The notes under the pieces: model-generated
Told to the model about the DNA's origin: nothing
Database searches by the model: none
What the model saw: only the letters and a program-made list of their open reading frames with translations
Assembly (NCBI GenBank): GCA_964630525.1
Contig: CAZVUY010000002.1
Span: 33,760-97,759 of the forward strand
Reading direction: 5' to 3'
Length of the DNA stretch: 64,000 nt
From: an uncultured Candidatus Saccharibacteria bacterium
Lineage (GTDB): Bacteria > Patescibacteriota > Minisyncoccia > Phycocordibacterales > WO2-35-19
In this document: positions 54,757 to 64,000 of the stretch, piece after piece
Layout of the letters: each line of letters starts with the position of its first letter
Position numbering within the stretch: the stretch's first letter is position 1
Position numbers and translations under genes: made by a program

Positions 54757-55677
54757 ATGGCAGAGAGTACCAAACAATTAAAACAGAAAATAAAAACAGT
54801 CCGATCATTGCAAAAGATTACCAAAGCAATGGAAATGATCGCTCGAAGTAAGATGAAAAAAGCGATCGATGGTGCTTTGGCTACTCGGGTTTATGCACTG
54901 CTGGCACTTGAAATGTTGGTCAGTATTTCTGCAGATGTTTTTCATAAAAATGTTTTTCTGAAAAAAGGATCGGGGGATCGGGTGTTGCTCGTCTATATTG
55001 CGAGCGACAAAGGTCTTTGTGGCGGCTACAATGCTCAACTGTTGAGGGCGGCCAAGAAATATTTCAGCTCACACCACTATAAAGGTGAATTGGTTGATTT
55101 TGTGGTGGTTGGCAAATATGCTTTTTTGCATAGCCAAAAGATACCAGGCAAGGTGGTCAAGTCTTTTGGGTATACCAAGAGCTTTACCCACTTTGCTGAT
55201 GGTCAAGAGATCTACAAATTTGTTCTCGATGCCTACAGGAGCGGAAATTACAAAAAGGCCATAGTGATTTATACAAATTACTTATCAGTTTTTTCGCGAG
55301 AACCGATTGTCAAAGAGCTACTCCCTATTTCTCCAAAAAGTCTCAAAAATATGATCGAGCATTTGGGTAGCACAGAAGATGATATCGTTATCAAACATTT
55401 GAGGCACCGGCAAGAATTTGAGCGTTACCTCTACGAACCATCTCGAGAAGAGGTGCTCGACAGAATAGTGCCAGAACTGGTCTCGATCCAACTTTACCAA
55501 TCAATACTCGAATCGAAGGCCAGCGAGGAGTCGAGTCGGATGGTAGCGATGAAATCGGCTAGTGAGAATGGTGAAAAGATGGGCAAGACGCTTGAGGTGG
55601 CTTACAATCGAGCTCGTCAAGCTCTAATCACCAAAGAGATCATCGAGATCGCTTCGGCGACGGAGGCGATGGTATAA
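54757..55677 (+). CDS. atpG: F0F1 ATP synthase subunit gamma
   Basis: N-terminal ITKAMEMIA(R)SKM and C-terminal ITKEIIEIASATEAM helices. Confidence 0.9.
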   Translation: MAESTKQLKQKIKTVRSLQKITKAMEMIARSKMKKAIDGALATRVYALLALEMLVSISADVFHKNVFLKKGSGDRVLLVYIASDKGLCGGYNAQLLRAAKKYFSSHHYKGELVDFVVVGKYAFLHSQKIPGKVVKSFGYTKSFTHFADGQEIYKFVLDAYRSGNYKKAIVIYTNYLSVFSREPIVKELLPISPKSLKNMIEHLGSTEDDIVIKHLRHRQEFERYLYEPSREEVLDRIVPELVSIQLYQSILESKASEESSRMVAMKSASENGEKMGKTLEVAYNRARQALITKEIIEIASATEAMV

Positions 55678-55685
55678 ATTTATAA

Positions 55686-57071
<1,386 letters not shown>

Positions 57072-57103
57072 GAAAGTCAGAAAATAAAAAGTAAAAAATA
57101 GAT

Positions 57104-57367
57104 ATGAATTTAAAAGTTGTGACACCAGACGGAGTAGTTTGGAATGCAGAAGTGGATTTCGTCAATCTCAAGACGACTCTTGGCGAGATCACTGTTTTAC
57201 CCAAACACATACCACTAATAACAACTCTAGAATTTGGGATGGTACGGGTCCGGAGCGATGGTCGCGATTTTCGAGCCGAATGTTCGGGTGGCGTGCTTGA
57301 GGTTAAAAAAGACAGTCAGGCGATAATCATAACTGAACATTGCTCCAAGTTTCTCGCTGAAGAATAA
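57104..57367 (+). CDS. atpC: F0F1 ATP synthase subunit epsilon (beta-sandwich domain only)
   Basis: 87 aa, MNLKVVTPDGVVWNAEVDFV start typical of epsilon; lacks C-terminal helical hairpin. Confidence 0.8.
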   Translation: MNLKVVTPDGVVWNAEVDFVNLKTTLGEITVLPKHIPLITTLEFGMVRVRSDGRDFRAECSGGVLEVKKDSQAIIITEHCSKFLAEE

Positions 57368-57374
57368 GAAATTT

Positions 57375-57971
57375 TTAGATTTGATTAGGCTGCGGAATAA
57401 ATTTGAAAGACTGAAGAAGCGGTTCAAAATCGCGATAAAGATTTGAGTTTGTGTCTAAGTAGGCTCCACTGATCACATACATGTTTTCTCCGTGAGCGAC
57501 CACTATGTTGTTTGACCGGTAGAGCCCGTCAGCAGAATATCTGATCGCATTTGCACCACCAAGGACCGTCTCTTCCATGTCTCCTAGTTCAAGATTGATA
57601 TTGGTCCACTCTATATTTTCGCTAGACCAAACCAGCGGCCACTGTTTTTTAGTGTTTTTGACTACGTGAATAGTGATGGTGGCCGGCCCTTCGCCGAATT
57701 CTCCATTGTTTTGCAAGCCCACCTCATCAGTTTTTTGCATCAAGACCAATGTTTTTAGTAAGTTTGGATTGGTGCTGACTGTTTGAGGGTCTTTTTCGAT
57801 CAGGGTGTAACCCTCTGGTTCGATGCGATATTGAAATTCAAAACCGAGTTCCGGGCTGGAAAAAGTTTGATAAGTAGCGACCGTTTTGTTGGCACCATTT
57901 TTAGGCTTTAGAAACCAGTATCCAGCAGACGCAACAAGCAAAACAAGAATAATGACAAATATTTTTTTCAT
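57375..57971 (-). CDS. hypothetical exported/anchored protein
   Basis: 198 aa, N-terminal signal/TM. Confidence 0.45.
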   Translation of the reverse strand: MKKIFVIILVLLVASAGYWFLKPKNGANKTVATYQTFSSPELGFEFQYRIEPEGYTLIEKDPQTVSTNPNLLKTLVLMQKTDEVGLQNNGEFGEGPATITIHVVKNTKKQWPLVWSSENIEWTNINLELGDMEETVLGGANAIRYSADGLYRSNNIVVAHGENMYVISGAYLDTNSNLYRDFEPLLQSFKFIPQPNQI

Positions 57972-58015
57972 GACCCAATATTAGCAAATTTTTATGATCT
58001 CTGACAAATAAAACC

Positions 58016-58492
58016 TTACTTCATCACTGCATAGGTGAAGAGTACGCTAAATTTTTTGCACCAAATAACGACAGTCTGATAATCCTCTGTACCCACTGGC
58101 AATTCATAATTTTGGTTGCCTTGGGTGCCTTTGAGTAGACCCAAATTAACAAAGTCGCCGAGACTTTCAATATCATTGGTTGGAGCAGAGGAATTTGATA
58201 GATATACATACAGATCCGGGCCGCTGGTCACGCTAAAATCTTCGAGCCGGATAAACTGTTTGCCATCGACTTCTACCAGCTTTGCTGTACCCGATCCCTT
58301 GTGAATAAAATCTATTTCTCCGAATGTTCCCGAAGCCAAAGTTTTCGATTCGCTCAGCGTCCCTTGCGTCTGGTTAGTTGGGGTCGGTAGAGTTTCTTGC
58401 ACTTCTGTTTTAATAAAATAAGTATAAACGCCACTCCAGTATACGAAAAATCCGATCGCCAATATCACCAAAACTAAAATAATCTTTTTCAT
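58016..58492 (-). CDS. DM13-domain-like membrane-anchored protein
   Basis: 158 aa; GTFGEIDFIHKGSGTAKLVEVDG pattern resembles DM13. Confidence 0.5.
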   Translation of the reverse strand: MKKIILVLVILAIGFFVYWSGVYTYFIKTEVQETLPTPTNQTQGTLSESKTLASGTFGEIDFIHKGSGTAKLVEVDGKQFIRLEDFSVTSGPDLYVYLSNSSAPTNDIESLGDFVNLGLLKGTQGNQNYELPVGTEDYQTVVIWCKKFSVLFTYAVMK

Positions 58493-58593
58493 TTTTTAAG
58501 GTTTGTAGTTTTTTATAAATTAAAAATCTTTTATTTCTATATTTTCCGGCAAATCTCTTTCAGAAACCTCAATCACTTCTAATTGCTATCTCT

Positions 58594-59037
58594 TTATTTT
58601 TGGTCTTTGATTAGGCTGCCAACATACTCCTCAAATTCTTTCATGTCTTCACTACAATTTTCCAAATGCTCGTAGTTATCTGATACGAGTTTAGAGTATT
58701 GAAGTAGTCTGTCCCTCACTTCATCGGACATAGGTTTAGCCCATTCTGTTTTCCAGATCTCTCCTTCCACCTCGTCAATCTCGCCTTTATCTATCCACTT
58801 GGTGTGTCTCTTATTTAGAAATTTACCATCTTTAAGTTCAATTACATCCCATTCAGCGGTTGGATTAATTTCTTCTTGGTTATCTGCAATGTAGTCTTTT
58901 TTATCAGTAAGAACTTGTTTAGTAATTCTCTGACCTTTTATAATGTAGTCAAAAGAAATTGCCTCCTTATCGTTCAAGCCAACACTGATAAAGAAAGTGT
59001 TGGAGGGACTAGGGTTGTAATCTACATCTATATACAT
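58594..59037 (-). CDS. hypothetical acidic protein
   Basis: 147 aa, AT-rich. Confidence 0.45.
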   Translation of the reverse strand: MYIDVDYNPSPSNTFFISVGLNDKEAISFDYIIKGQRITKQVLTDKKDYIADNQEEINPTAEWDVIELKDGKFLNKRHTKWIDKGEIDEVEGEIWKTEWAKPMSDEVRDRLLQYSKLVSDNYEHLENCSEDMKEFEEYVGSLIKDQK

Positions 59038-59045
59038 TCTGTTTA

Positions 59046-59375
59046 TTATTCTCTGGTTAGTTTGAAATCAACCATTTTCACAATAGTATCTGGGGTGACT
59101 TTGTCACCGTAGTACTTTCTGTATGTCTCATACATTTTTTCATCGCTTTCAAATTTTTCGTGCCCCTCAAAATCGCTTTCTTCCAAATCTTTGAGTTTCT
59201 TTTCTTCTATTTTGGTTATTACTGCTTTGGCAAATTCTTCTTTTGTTTCCCAATTCAAAAGAGATAATTCGTCTCCTTCTTTCAAATCTTTATCGTCAAA
59301 CAATCTCCATGTACAAGTTTTTTCTCCTCTCAGCACAAGTGGGATTAAATAAGGTCTAAATTTAACTGTTTTCAT
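59046..59375 (-). CDS. ASCH-domain-like small protein
   Basis: KTVKFRPYLIPLVLRGEKTCTWR N-terminus resembles ASCH/PUA-like fold. Confidence 0.5.
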   Translation of the reverse strand: MKTVKFRPYLIPLVLRGEKTCTWRLFDDKDLKEGDELSLLNWETKEEFAKAVITKIEEKKLKDLEESDFEGHEKFESDEKMYETYRKYYGDKVTPDTIVKMVDFKLTRE

Positions 59376-59479
59376 AAAACTAGTCTAAACGAATTTTTTA
59401 TAAAAGAAAACCCCCTAGAATAAAGAGGTGAGTTGGTTATCTAATTTATCACTTCAGAACTAATTTATTCAAAACAAAA

Positions 59480-59815
59480 AGCCCTCGCATTCCCCGAATG
59501 GGTACTAGCTTGGGCTGGGTGGGTTACAGACTATATTCGTGCTGTTGAGGGAGAAGTCTGGATTCCCTCGCACTAGCTCACTGGGTGAGCAAAGAACTGG
59601 TCGGGGTAAGTAATAGTTTAGGTTCCTATCACTACGACTTACCCCACGGAAGACAGAAAACGGAAAACAGCATATTGTCGGTCAACTCCTTTAGGAACCT
59701 ATCAGGAATATCACGACTCACCCCTGTCGTATCACTCTAAGACCGAAGGACGTCTTTCGAGAGCTCGATTTGCGCTTACTGCATTGCCAAGGTCTAAATC
59801 GAGATGAATAACCCT
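59480..59815 (-). ncRNA. candidate ~335-nt structured RNA with own promoter and terminators; identity unknown
   Basis: minus-strand TTGACA-N16-TATACT (plus coords 59822-59852); upstream terminator (59890-59915) ends the preceding gene; GC-rich stems (GGGGTAAGT...ACTTACCCC; AGGTTCCT/AGGAACCT); U-rich tail CTTTTTGTTTTG near 59480; no ORF >20 aa. Confidence 0.35.
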
Positions 59816-59932
59816 GGCACCATTAGTATAACAAATCGGCATTTTTTGTCAATCATAAAACACATTTTGTAAATGTCAAAAGCAGAAAAGCCTTATAAAA
59901 TAAGGGTATTTTAGGAAGTTAGAAAAAATGAG

Positions 59933-60241
59933 TTAAGATTTGGTAATCTTCCTTTTTACAGAATCAACAAACAACCTGAAAGCGGGTCGTTTTTCCTTTT
60001 CGTAAATGATTTTAACTCCAAGCAGATGACCTTTAGGACAAGATAGGTCTTTTTTCAGAATAGAAACTTTAGGCTCCATAATTCTATCTATATACATTCT
60101 CCTAAGATTCCCTGGCCCATCTTTTTGGTAGAGGCAAATATTTGCCCCACACTTCTCGCAAAACATTCTTAGTAGCCTAGAGTAGCCTCCCCTGGCTTGT
60201 TTATATTTATCTCTTTTAAAGACAACTTTGTTCATATCCAA
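59933..60241 (-). CDS. hypothetical small Cys-containing (zinc-ribbon-like) protein
   Basis: 102 aa; CEKCG...C...CPKGH spacing. Confidence 0.45.
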   Translation of the reverse strand: MDMNKVVFKRDKYKQARGGYSRLLRMFCEKCGANICLYQKDGPGNLRRMYIDRIMEPKVSILKKDLSCPKGHLLGVKIIYEKEKRPAFRLFVDSVKRKITKS

Positions 60242-60286
60242 ATCGTATTTGAATAAAGGTAAGTTGTAAAGAAAAAACTCAATTTT

Positions 60287-60796
60287 TTATTGATTGATAA
60301 TATTCATAACTAGTTCAAATGTTTCCTCGATGCTCTTTTGTGTAGTATCAATTTGTATAAAATCTAAATCCTCCTTGCTCTTAAAGAAACCAATATTTTT
60401 TCTTACCTGTTCTTCAGATGTTGGGTTATCCCAATTTTTCATCCTTTCTATTATCCTTTTGAATGCAACTTCAGGATTAGCAAACATTTGAATTTTGTAG
60501 ATTGGAACAGAATATTCTTTCGCAATATTTTCATATATATCTATTTCATTTGATCTAATTGGTTGATCTACAATTACAGAAATGTTGTTGCGGAGATATA
60601 TTTTTGTGGCTTCAATAATGATTTCTCTCCCAATATTGTTGTCTCTGTCGCCTCGTTCAAAATCATTGATAAACAGTTTAACTTTATCTAGCCCTATAGT
60701 CGCAAGTCTTGGAATTCTTCCTGCTAGTTTATTTGATACGGTAGTTTTGCCTGACCCGGTCATTCCGTCCAGCAGCAGTAGAAATGGTGTCCTCAT
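60287..60796 (-). CDS. P-loop NTPase / small-molecule kinase-like protein (AAA_33 / zeta-toxin-like fold)
   Basis: 169 aa; Walker A LLLDGMTGSGKTT, Walker B-like VIVDQ. Confidence 0.6.
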   Translation of the reverse strand: MRTPFLLLLDGMTGSGKTTVSNKLAGRIPRLATIGLDKVKLFINDFERGDRDNNIGREIIIEATKIYLRNNISVIVDQPIRSNEIDIYENIAKEYSVPIYKIQMFANPEVAFKRIIERMKNWDNPTSEEQVRKNIGFFKSKEDLDFIQIDTTQKSIEETFELVMNIINQ

Positions 60797-60892
60797 AAAT
60801 TACAGTATAACAAAAGTTCACATAATTTTTAAATATATTTTCCAGGAGCAACAACAAAAAACCGCCCTATAAGGGCGATTTTCATGTTGGCT

Positions 60893-61050
60893 GCTCCGGG
60901 AGCAGGGGGTATCTCCCTCGACTCAAAAATTTGTCGGCCACAAATTTTTGGTCTAGGCACCGGCTCGCTAAATTTTGTGCTCAAAATTTTCAGCTCCGCC
61001 GTTCGATCCCTGACGAAAGTGCAATTCAATGCACTTTCTCTCCTCGGAGC
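60893..61050. repeat. structured repeat element B (copy of element A)
   Basis: aligns with 21694-21844 at ~80% identity with compensatory hairpin changes (CAAAGCAAG..CTTGCTTTG vs GAAAGTGCA..TGCACTTTC); closing stem GCTCCG/CGGAGC. Confidence 0.6.
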
Positions 61051-61213
61051 CACAAATGACAAAACCGCTTTGCAAAAGGCAAAACGGTTTGTGTCAGTGG
61101 CTCGCACTGGCTGACGATTTTAGAACGATAGATTGGGTCAGCGAGTATCCTTATCCTACCATAGCCCTAGCCGAGATAAAGGCATTACTGGAAGAAGTTC
61201 AAACCGTCTAAAA

Positions 61214-61591
61214 ATGAAAGAGGGTAACCAGACATTTAGTAGTAAAGATGTTGTGGAGGGGTTGGTAGAACTTTTGAATGCTAAAGAATATAAAAAATCT
61301 TCACTATCTCCGAGATTTACAATTCAAGAAATAAGTTTTTTGGCTGATATTATTTTCAATAAACCTTACGAGAATATACCATTGGCATTTGTGGAATACA
61401 TAGAAAAGAGTTTTATGATGGGTGTCCGTCTTACAAGTCCCATGACATACAGACGCATCCAATTTTATAAACACTTAGTTTTGACTCGTGGTAATGCCAA
61501 GAAAGCTGCTATTTCCGCAGGCTATAGTCCAGTTGGAGCTAAACAGCAAGCGTATAGGATATTGAAAAACTTTGGGAAAGGTCTTCGGTAA
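61214..61591 (+). CDS. hypothetical HTH protein with a phage terminase small-subunit-like C-terminal helix (start at MKEGNQ; track ORF begins 61133 inside element B)
   Basis: TRGNAKKAAISAGYSPVGAKQQAYRILKN resembles the Terminase_2 GNATQAAIRAGYS...N helix. Confidence 0.4.
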   Translation: MKEGNQTFSSKDVVEGLVELLNAKEYKKSSLSPRFTIQEISFLADIIFNKPYENIPLAFVEYIEKSFMMGVRLTSPMTYRRIQFYKHLVLTRGNAKKAAISAGYSPVGAKQQAYRILKNFGKGLR

Positions 61592-61622
61592 GCAAAAGTA
61601 AACATTTTTTATAAAAGAAAGA

Positions 61623-61650
61623 GCGCCACCCGAAGATGGCGCCCTGCGAT
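61623..61650 (-). terminator. intrinsic terminator for the GC-rich minus-strand gene
   Basis: GCGCCA-CCCGAAGA-TGGCGC; on the minus strand followed by TCTTTCTTTTATAAAAAA. Confidence 0.55.
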
Positions 61651-61663
61651 CAGATTGAACTGA

Positions 61664-62986
61664 TCAATACGGCTTCAGAAAGGAACACTGGTAGTCGAGT
61701 CGGATCGGCTGGTTGGCCGCCTTGGCAATGCCGACACATTCGCGGATTTGCGTCTTGCGCTCCTCCACGAGCTGCTTGAGAGACTGCTTGCGTTCTCGAT
61801 CGTTCTTGCCCTGAGCTCGAGAAGCGAGGACCTTCTCGTTGAAACACTTGTCCTCACCAAACTGCTCTGCGATCGCAGCGGCAATGCCGAAGTTTCCGGC
61901 AATGACCGCCTTGTCGAAAGTCAGAGCAGCACACTCGTCCAGACTGACCTTCTCGTTATCACCATACTTCGGGAAGAACACCTCACCCACCAAGTAGTTG
62001 ACGTGGTAAGCGTATGCGAGCTTGCCCTCAGCCAGCTTGTCTGCAAGCCAGTTGATGAGCTTGGAACGAAGCGTCGGATCAGTGTTCATGCCGTGCTTGG
62101 CAATGACTGCCGCGATGTATGCATGACTCATGTAGCTGTCGATCACCCTGTCGGTCATCTCACACATGAGCTTCCTCAACCGAACGCTGTCGGATCCCCA
62201 CGGCAAGACCTGCGATTCGAGAACCGCGGCCATGTAGTAGAGATCGAGGCCGCCCTTCTTGAACTTCTCGATCCACTGGAAGAACGCTTCCTGCACCTCC
62301 TCTCTGCTCATACCGAGCTCTTGGAGGCGCTTTGCGAGGGCGCGATACTTCATTGCGTTGTGGTCGATATTCTCCTCGAGAGCACCGTGATCATCATGAT
62401 AAGTGTGGTACTTCTTCGGAAGAGTGAGACCGAGCCATTCGGCATAAAACTTTTCGCCGAGGTAGTCGGTGAGGTGGTTGCTCTCGTAGAAATACGCGAG
62501 CAATATCCATCGCTCGATCTGGTCCGCGAACTTCTTGTTCTTGGGCCGATACTGCTCGAAGACCTTGCGAGTGGCGCTGATTTCCCACGAGCCAACCCAA
62601 GACTCAATGACTCTCAAGTTGACCGGATTGATCTCAATCGCCTTGGCCAGAAGGCGCTCGATGAAGCTCCTCGTCTGGCGCTCCTTCCACCCGAAAAACT
62701 TTGCAATTCCCGGAATGGTGAAGAAGCAGGACTTATCGAGAGAGTAGACGACGGGGTCGCCCTTCTCACTACGATCAAACTCGGCTGAGTCGATCTGGGT
62801 GGCATCCGCACGATACGGATTCTGAAAGAAGATGCCATTGTCGACGAGAGCGTTGAGCTCCGTCAAAGCATCAATCTTGAGATTCTTCTGGAAAAGCAGT
62901 CGAAGCCGCTCTCCCGGATTCTCGATGAATGCCAACTGGCGTCTGGTCTCCTCAACGGCTGCGCCGCTGATTGTTGCGTTTCTCAT
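61664..62986 (-). CDS. hypothetical protein, GC-rich foreign-looking gene (start at MRNATISG with AAGGAG RBS; track ORF extends to 63016)
   Basis: ~441 aa; strong codon periodicity; the 346-aa plus-strand ORF 61748..62788 is its shadow; composition unlike the rest of the window. Confidence 0.6.
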   Translation of the reverse strand: MRNATISGAAVEETRRQLAFIENPGERLRLLFQKNLKIDALTELNALVDNGIFFQNPYRADATQIDSAEFDRSEKGDPVVYSLDKSCFFTIPGIAKFFGWKERQTRSFIERLLAKAIEINPVNLRVIESWVGSWEISATRKVFEQYRPKNKKFADQIERWILLAYFYESNHLTDYLGEKFYAEWLGLTLPKKYHTYHDDHGALEENIDHNAMKYRALAKRLQELGMSREEVQEAFFQWIEKFKKGGLDLYYMAAVLESQVLPWGSDSVRLRKLMCEMTDRVIDSYMSHAYIAAVIAKHGMNTDPTLRSKLINWLADKLAEGKLAYAYHVNYLVGEVFFPKYGDNEKVSLDECAALTFDKAVIAGNFGIAAAIAEQFGEDKCFNEKVLASRAQGKNDRERKQSLKQLVEERKTQIRECVGIAKAANQPIRLDYQCSFLKPY

Positions 62987-63269
62987 TTCTTGCTCCTTGT
63001 GCGTGCTCTGTCCCATTCGGGCGAGCGTGCTCTATAGGGGTTGAAGTTGTACTCACCAATTGCACAAACTCTTTCGGGAAGTCCCTACGAAGTTTGGCAA
63101 GGAAGTATGTGGCACGTGCCTGACGGCGCGGCCAACGGAACGCTGCAAGTTCTTGAGCCCGATTCGGATTGTTATCCTTGGCGAACCCAACGAGCTCTGG
63201 ATACCCGAGGGCACCCATACACTCTTTTTTCAATTCTTCGAGTTGGTTTTGAGGGCCATCTCGAGGCAT
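62952..63269 (-). CDS. hypothetical small protein, GC-rich, probably co-transcribed with 61664..62986
   Basis: 105 aa; AAAGGAG RBS 6 nt upstream; overlaps the downstream gene start by ~35 nt. Confidence 0.45.
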   Translation of the reverse strand: MPRDGPQNQLEELKKECMGALGYPELVGFAKDNNPNRAQELAAFRWPRRQARATYFLAKLRRDFPKEFVQLVSTTSTPIEHARPNGTEHAQGARNEKRNNQRRSR

Positions 63270-63343
63270 TGTTTACTCCTTTCTGACAAAGGACTTACTG
63301 GCTACAATTGTAGCACGATATAGCAAAAATTGCAATAGCGGTT

Positions 63344-64000
63344 CTATTTTCTAAAATCATTCAGATATTTACTAAAAACACGCCGAAAAAGAAGAGTTTT
63401 TTCATAAAGCCAGGTAAAATTGTTTGCAATTTCAATTTTAGAGAATAGGTCAGATATTTCTTTCTTAATTACAATACGAGAAGCTACTGCGGCATCTATC
63501 CACTCTGCTTTTACTCCAAGTTCTTTCTCAATTTCATCCATATGATCTTTCAAATAACTGAACAGGTCTTTGTTTCTGTTTATGTATATCTCACAACCAA
63601 GCAGATTTTTACGAGAATCGATTGTGAGTGCTATATGAGCGTCAGAAATCCCAATACTAATATTATACCAGTGTTGTGGGCGTGGTGAGTGACCAAAGTG
63701 AGTCTTTGGATCTTTACTTTTTACATAGTCCTTGAATCTAGTCCAAAAATCTAGTTGTTGTAACTTAGTTTCAGTAAGTTCTCCACCAGCTGGGCCAGAT
63801 TTTATTGCTTTGGCCCATTCATTAGGACTAACAATCACTTCAAACTTTGGAGCAGGATTTGAACCTTCAATTTGCCACAGTTCTACTTTGATCAGAAAGA
63901 ATCCAGTTTTTTCGTCAGTATGTTCATTGAGCCATTCTACTGCTCGCTGATGTTCATCTCTAAAATCCCGAACGATCCAAATAATTATTTCTGCGTCGTA
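63344..64000 (-). CDS. DUF4268-like protein, 5'-truncated by window edge
   Basis: reading frame stays open upstream of the track Met (63838) to the window end (...YDAEIIIWIVRDFRDEHQRAVEWLNEHTDEKTGFFLIKVELWQIEGSNPAPKFEVIVSPNEWAK...); pattern typical of DUF4268. Confidence 0.55.
   Translation of the reverse strand, partial: YDAEIIIWIVRDFRDEHQRAVEWLNEHTDEKTGFFLIKVELWQIEGSNPAPKFEVIVSPNEWAKAIKSGPAGGELTETKLQQLDFWTRFKDYVKSKDPKTHFGHSPRPQHWYNISIGISDAHIALTIDSRKNLLGCEIYINRNKDLFSYLKDHMDEIEKELGVKAEWIDAAVASRIVIKKEISDLFSKIEIANNFTWLYEKTLLFRRVFSKYLNDFRK

Noticed and set aside
61748-62788. 346-aa plus-strand ORF
   Set aside because: Shadow frame of the GC-rich minus-strand gene 61664..62986; high GC suppresses stops in off-frames, and the minus frame has RBS and terminator.

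Overview
This 64-kb window looks like a chromosomal segment of a small-genome, AT-rich bacterium. Gene content fits a Candidate Phyla Radiation / Patescibacteria-type organism (inference from a short IF-2, a tandem array of TrbC/VirB2-like pilins, a ~2000-aa surface protein and a minimal F-type ATPase operon).

Supported housekeeping genes: tsaD (partial), gyrA, infB-rbfA, a cysteine desulfurase, clpB, murC, a pgeF/yfiH-like gene, murD, a class-IV aminotransferase, rpmG, miaA, parB, a RelA/SpoT homologue, topA, dprA, serS, an ftsQ-like gene, a membrane-anchored Clp-like AAA+ protein, a Dus family tRNA-dihydrouridine synthase, a PAP2 phosphatase and a complete atpZ-BEFHAGDC operon. RNA genes: RNase P RNA and nine tRNAs (Glu, Ser, Leu-TAG, Lys, Cys, Leu-TAA, Tyr, Trp, Leu-CAA).

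Accessory and unusual content:
- A RayT (REP-associated tyrosine transposase) sits between two copies of a 17-bp REP palindrome at the 3' end of gyrA, with a third REP copy in frame inside dus.
- Seven tandem TrbC/VirB2-type pilin paralogues follow a solute-binding-protein gene.
- A free-standing LAGLIDADG homing endonuclease starts 3 nt after tRNA-Leu(CAA).
- A family of 110-170-bp palindromic repeat elements shares an AT-rich core hairpin and has covarying closing stems. Copies lie next to tRNA-Leu and tRNA-Tyr (both followed by a direct repeat of the tRNA 3' end), next to serS, inverted near 49.8 kb, at 60.9 kb, and in frame inside dus.
- Several promoter/terminator-bounded, GC-rich structured non-coding regions are candidate sRNAs (22.0-22.25 kb, 47.8-48.27 kb, 59.48-59.82 kb).
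- Three GC-rich, foreign-looking gene patches (10.5-12.9 kb, 40.8-41.3 kb, 61.65-63.3 kb).

No CRISPR array, cas gene, reverse transcriptase or rRNA gene was seen.
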